A program made the translations under genes and the position numbers. A stretch of DNA of 64,000 bases. Source: Candidatus Latescibacterota bacterium (GTDB taxonomy: Bacteria > Latescibacterota > UBA2968 > UBA8231). Position 1 is the stretch's first letter. Each line of letters begins with the position of its first letter. Positions 63,531 to 64,000 of the stretch are shown piece by piece. A model generated the notes under the pieces. That model ran no database searches, was not told the DNA's origin, and saw nothing but the letters and a program-made list of their open reading frames with translations. The stretch covers positions 89,931-153,930 of the forward strand of contig JAYYVF010000066.1 of the NCBI GenBank assembly GCA_036343635.1, in the 5' to 3' direction.

Positions 63531-64000
63531 ATGGATTATTCGATTGTTACAATAAGTGGGCTTCCTGGTAGTGGAACTAGTACCGCAAGTAGCAAGCTGC
63601 GTACTCGTCTTAATTGGTCGTACGTTAATGCTGGGCAAATATTTCGCGTGTTGGCCAAAGAGGCTAATATGACGCTCAATGAGTTTGGGATTCGGGCGGA
63701 ATCTGATCCAACCATAGACCGTGAACTTGACAAAAAAATGATTCGATATGCTGAAAAGGGAGAACCGATTATAATGGAAGGGCGCTTGGTTGGATGGATG
63801 ACTTTGCGAAATAAAATACCAGCTTTGCGAGTATGGCTAGAGGCAACTAATTCTACTAGAGCAGATCGTTTGTCATTGCGAGAAGGCGATACTCAGGCCT
63901 TGGTCAATATGAAGATGCGTGAGGAATCAGAATTGAAACGTTATAAGATTTTTCATGATATTGACCTACAGGACCTGTCGATATATGATCTCGTTATAAA
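63531..64000 (+). CDS. cmk: Cytidylate kinase, family 2 (archaeal-type / putative Cmk); 3' end outside the window
   Basis: The frame is open from ATG 63531 to the window end and is not listed in the ORF track. P-loop 'ISGLPGSGTSTAS', 'VNAGQIFRVLAKE...DRELDKKM' and 'IIMEGRLVGW'. Confidence 0.65.
   Translation, partial: MDYSIVTISGLPGSGTSTASSKLRTRLNWSYVNAGQIFRVLAKEANMTLNEFGIRAESDPTIDRELDKKMIRYAEKGEPIIMEGRLVGWMTLRNKIPALRVWLEATNSTRADRLSLREGDTQALVNMKMREESELKRYKIFHDIDLQDLSIYDLVI

Overview
This is a gene-dense chromosomal segment with standard code 11. I saw no rRNA, tRNA, CRISPR array, transposase or integrase. T9SS-type C-terminal sorting domains occur alongside clear Shine-Dalgarno sites, which suggests a non-Bacteroidia member of the FCB superphylum or a neighbouring candidate phylum; that placement is inference. 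Four blocks stand out. (1) nt 1811-16291 is a tightly coupled 15-gene operon. A Bat/aerotolerance-type MoxR-DUF58-DUF4381-BatA-BatB-BatC-BatD-BatE set is split by an inserted ABC-2 exporter module: ATPase, permease, a head-to-tail duplicated GldG-like protein and DUF4340. (2) nt 16373-24950 holds housekeeping and miscellaneous genes: a Gfo/Idh/MocA oxidoreductase, an orphan DUF342/FapA protein, uridine kinase, PolX, an IMPase/CysQ-like protein, a ferredoxin-thioredoxin reductase catalytic subunit and an OmpA-like protein. (3) nt 25014-50351 is a 25-kb island of six giant secreted proteins totalling 8315 aa. Five carry T9SS CTDs. All six combine beta-propellers, cadherin-like ~95-aa repeats, cohesin-like modules or dockerin-like Ca-loop pairs in various arrangements, and I could recognise no enzyme. 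The island contains a tandemly duplicated two-gene unit (A1-B1, A2-B2) and one divergently transcribed protein that has a dockerin but no CTD. This is my best candidate for an undescribed system: a T9SS-anchored, cohesin-dockerin-assembled surface scaffold. (4) nt 50369-64000 encodes a Bax-like glucosaminidase and a NodB deacetylase, an SDR / SPL-like radical-SAM / nucleosidase operon, and dapF. It also encodes an envelope operon with an unusual Peptidase_MA-PD40-Omp85 barrel fusion and a BamB-like lipoprotein, followed by yicC and a partial cytidylate kinase. All domain calls come from motif reading by eye, and none has been checked against an HMM or a database.
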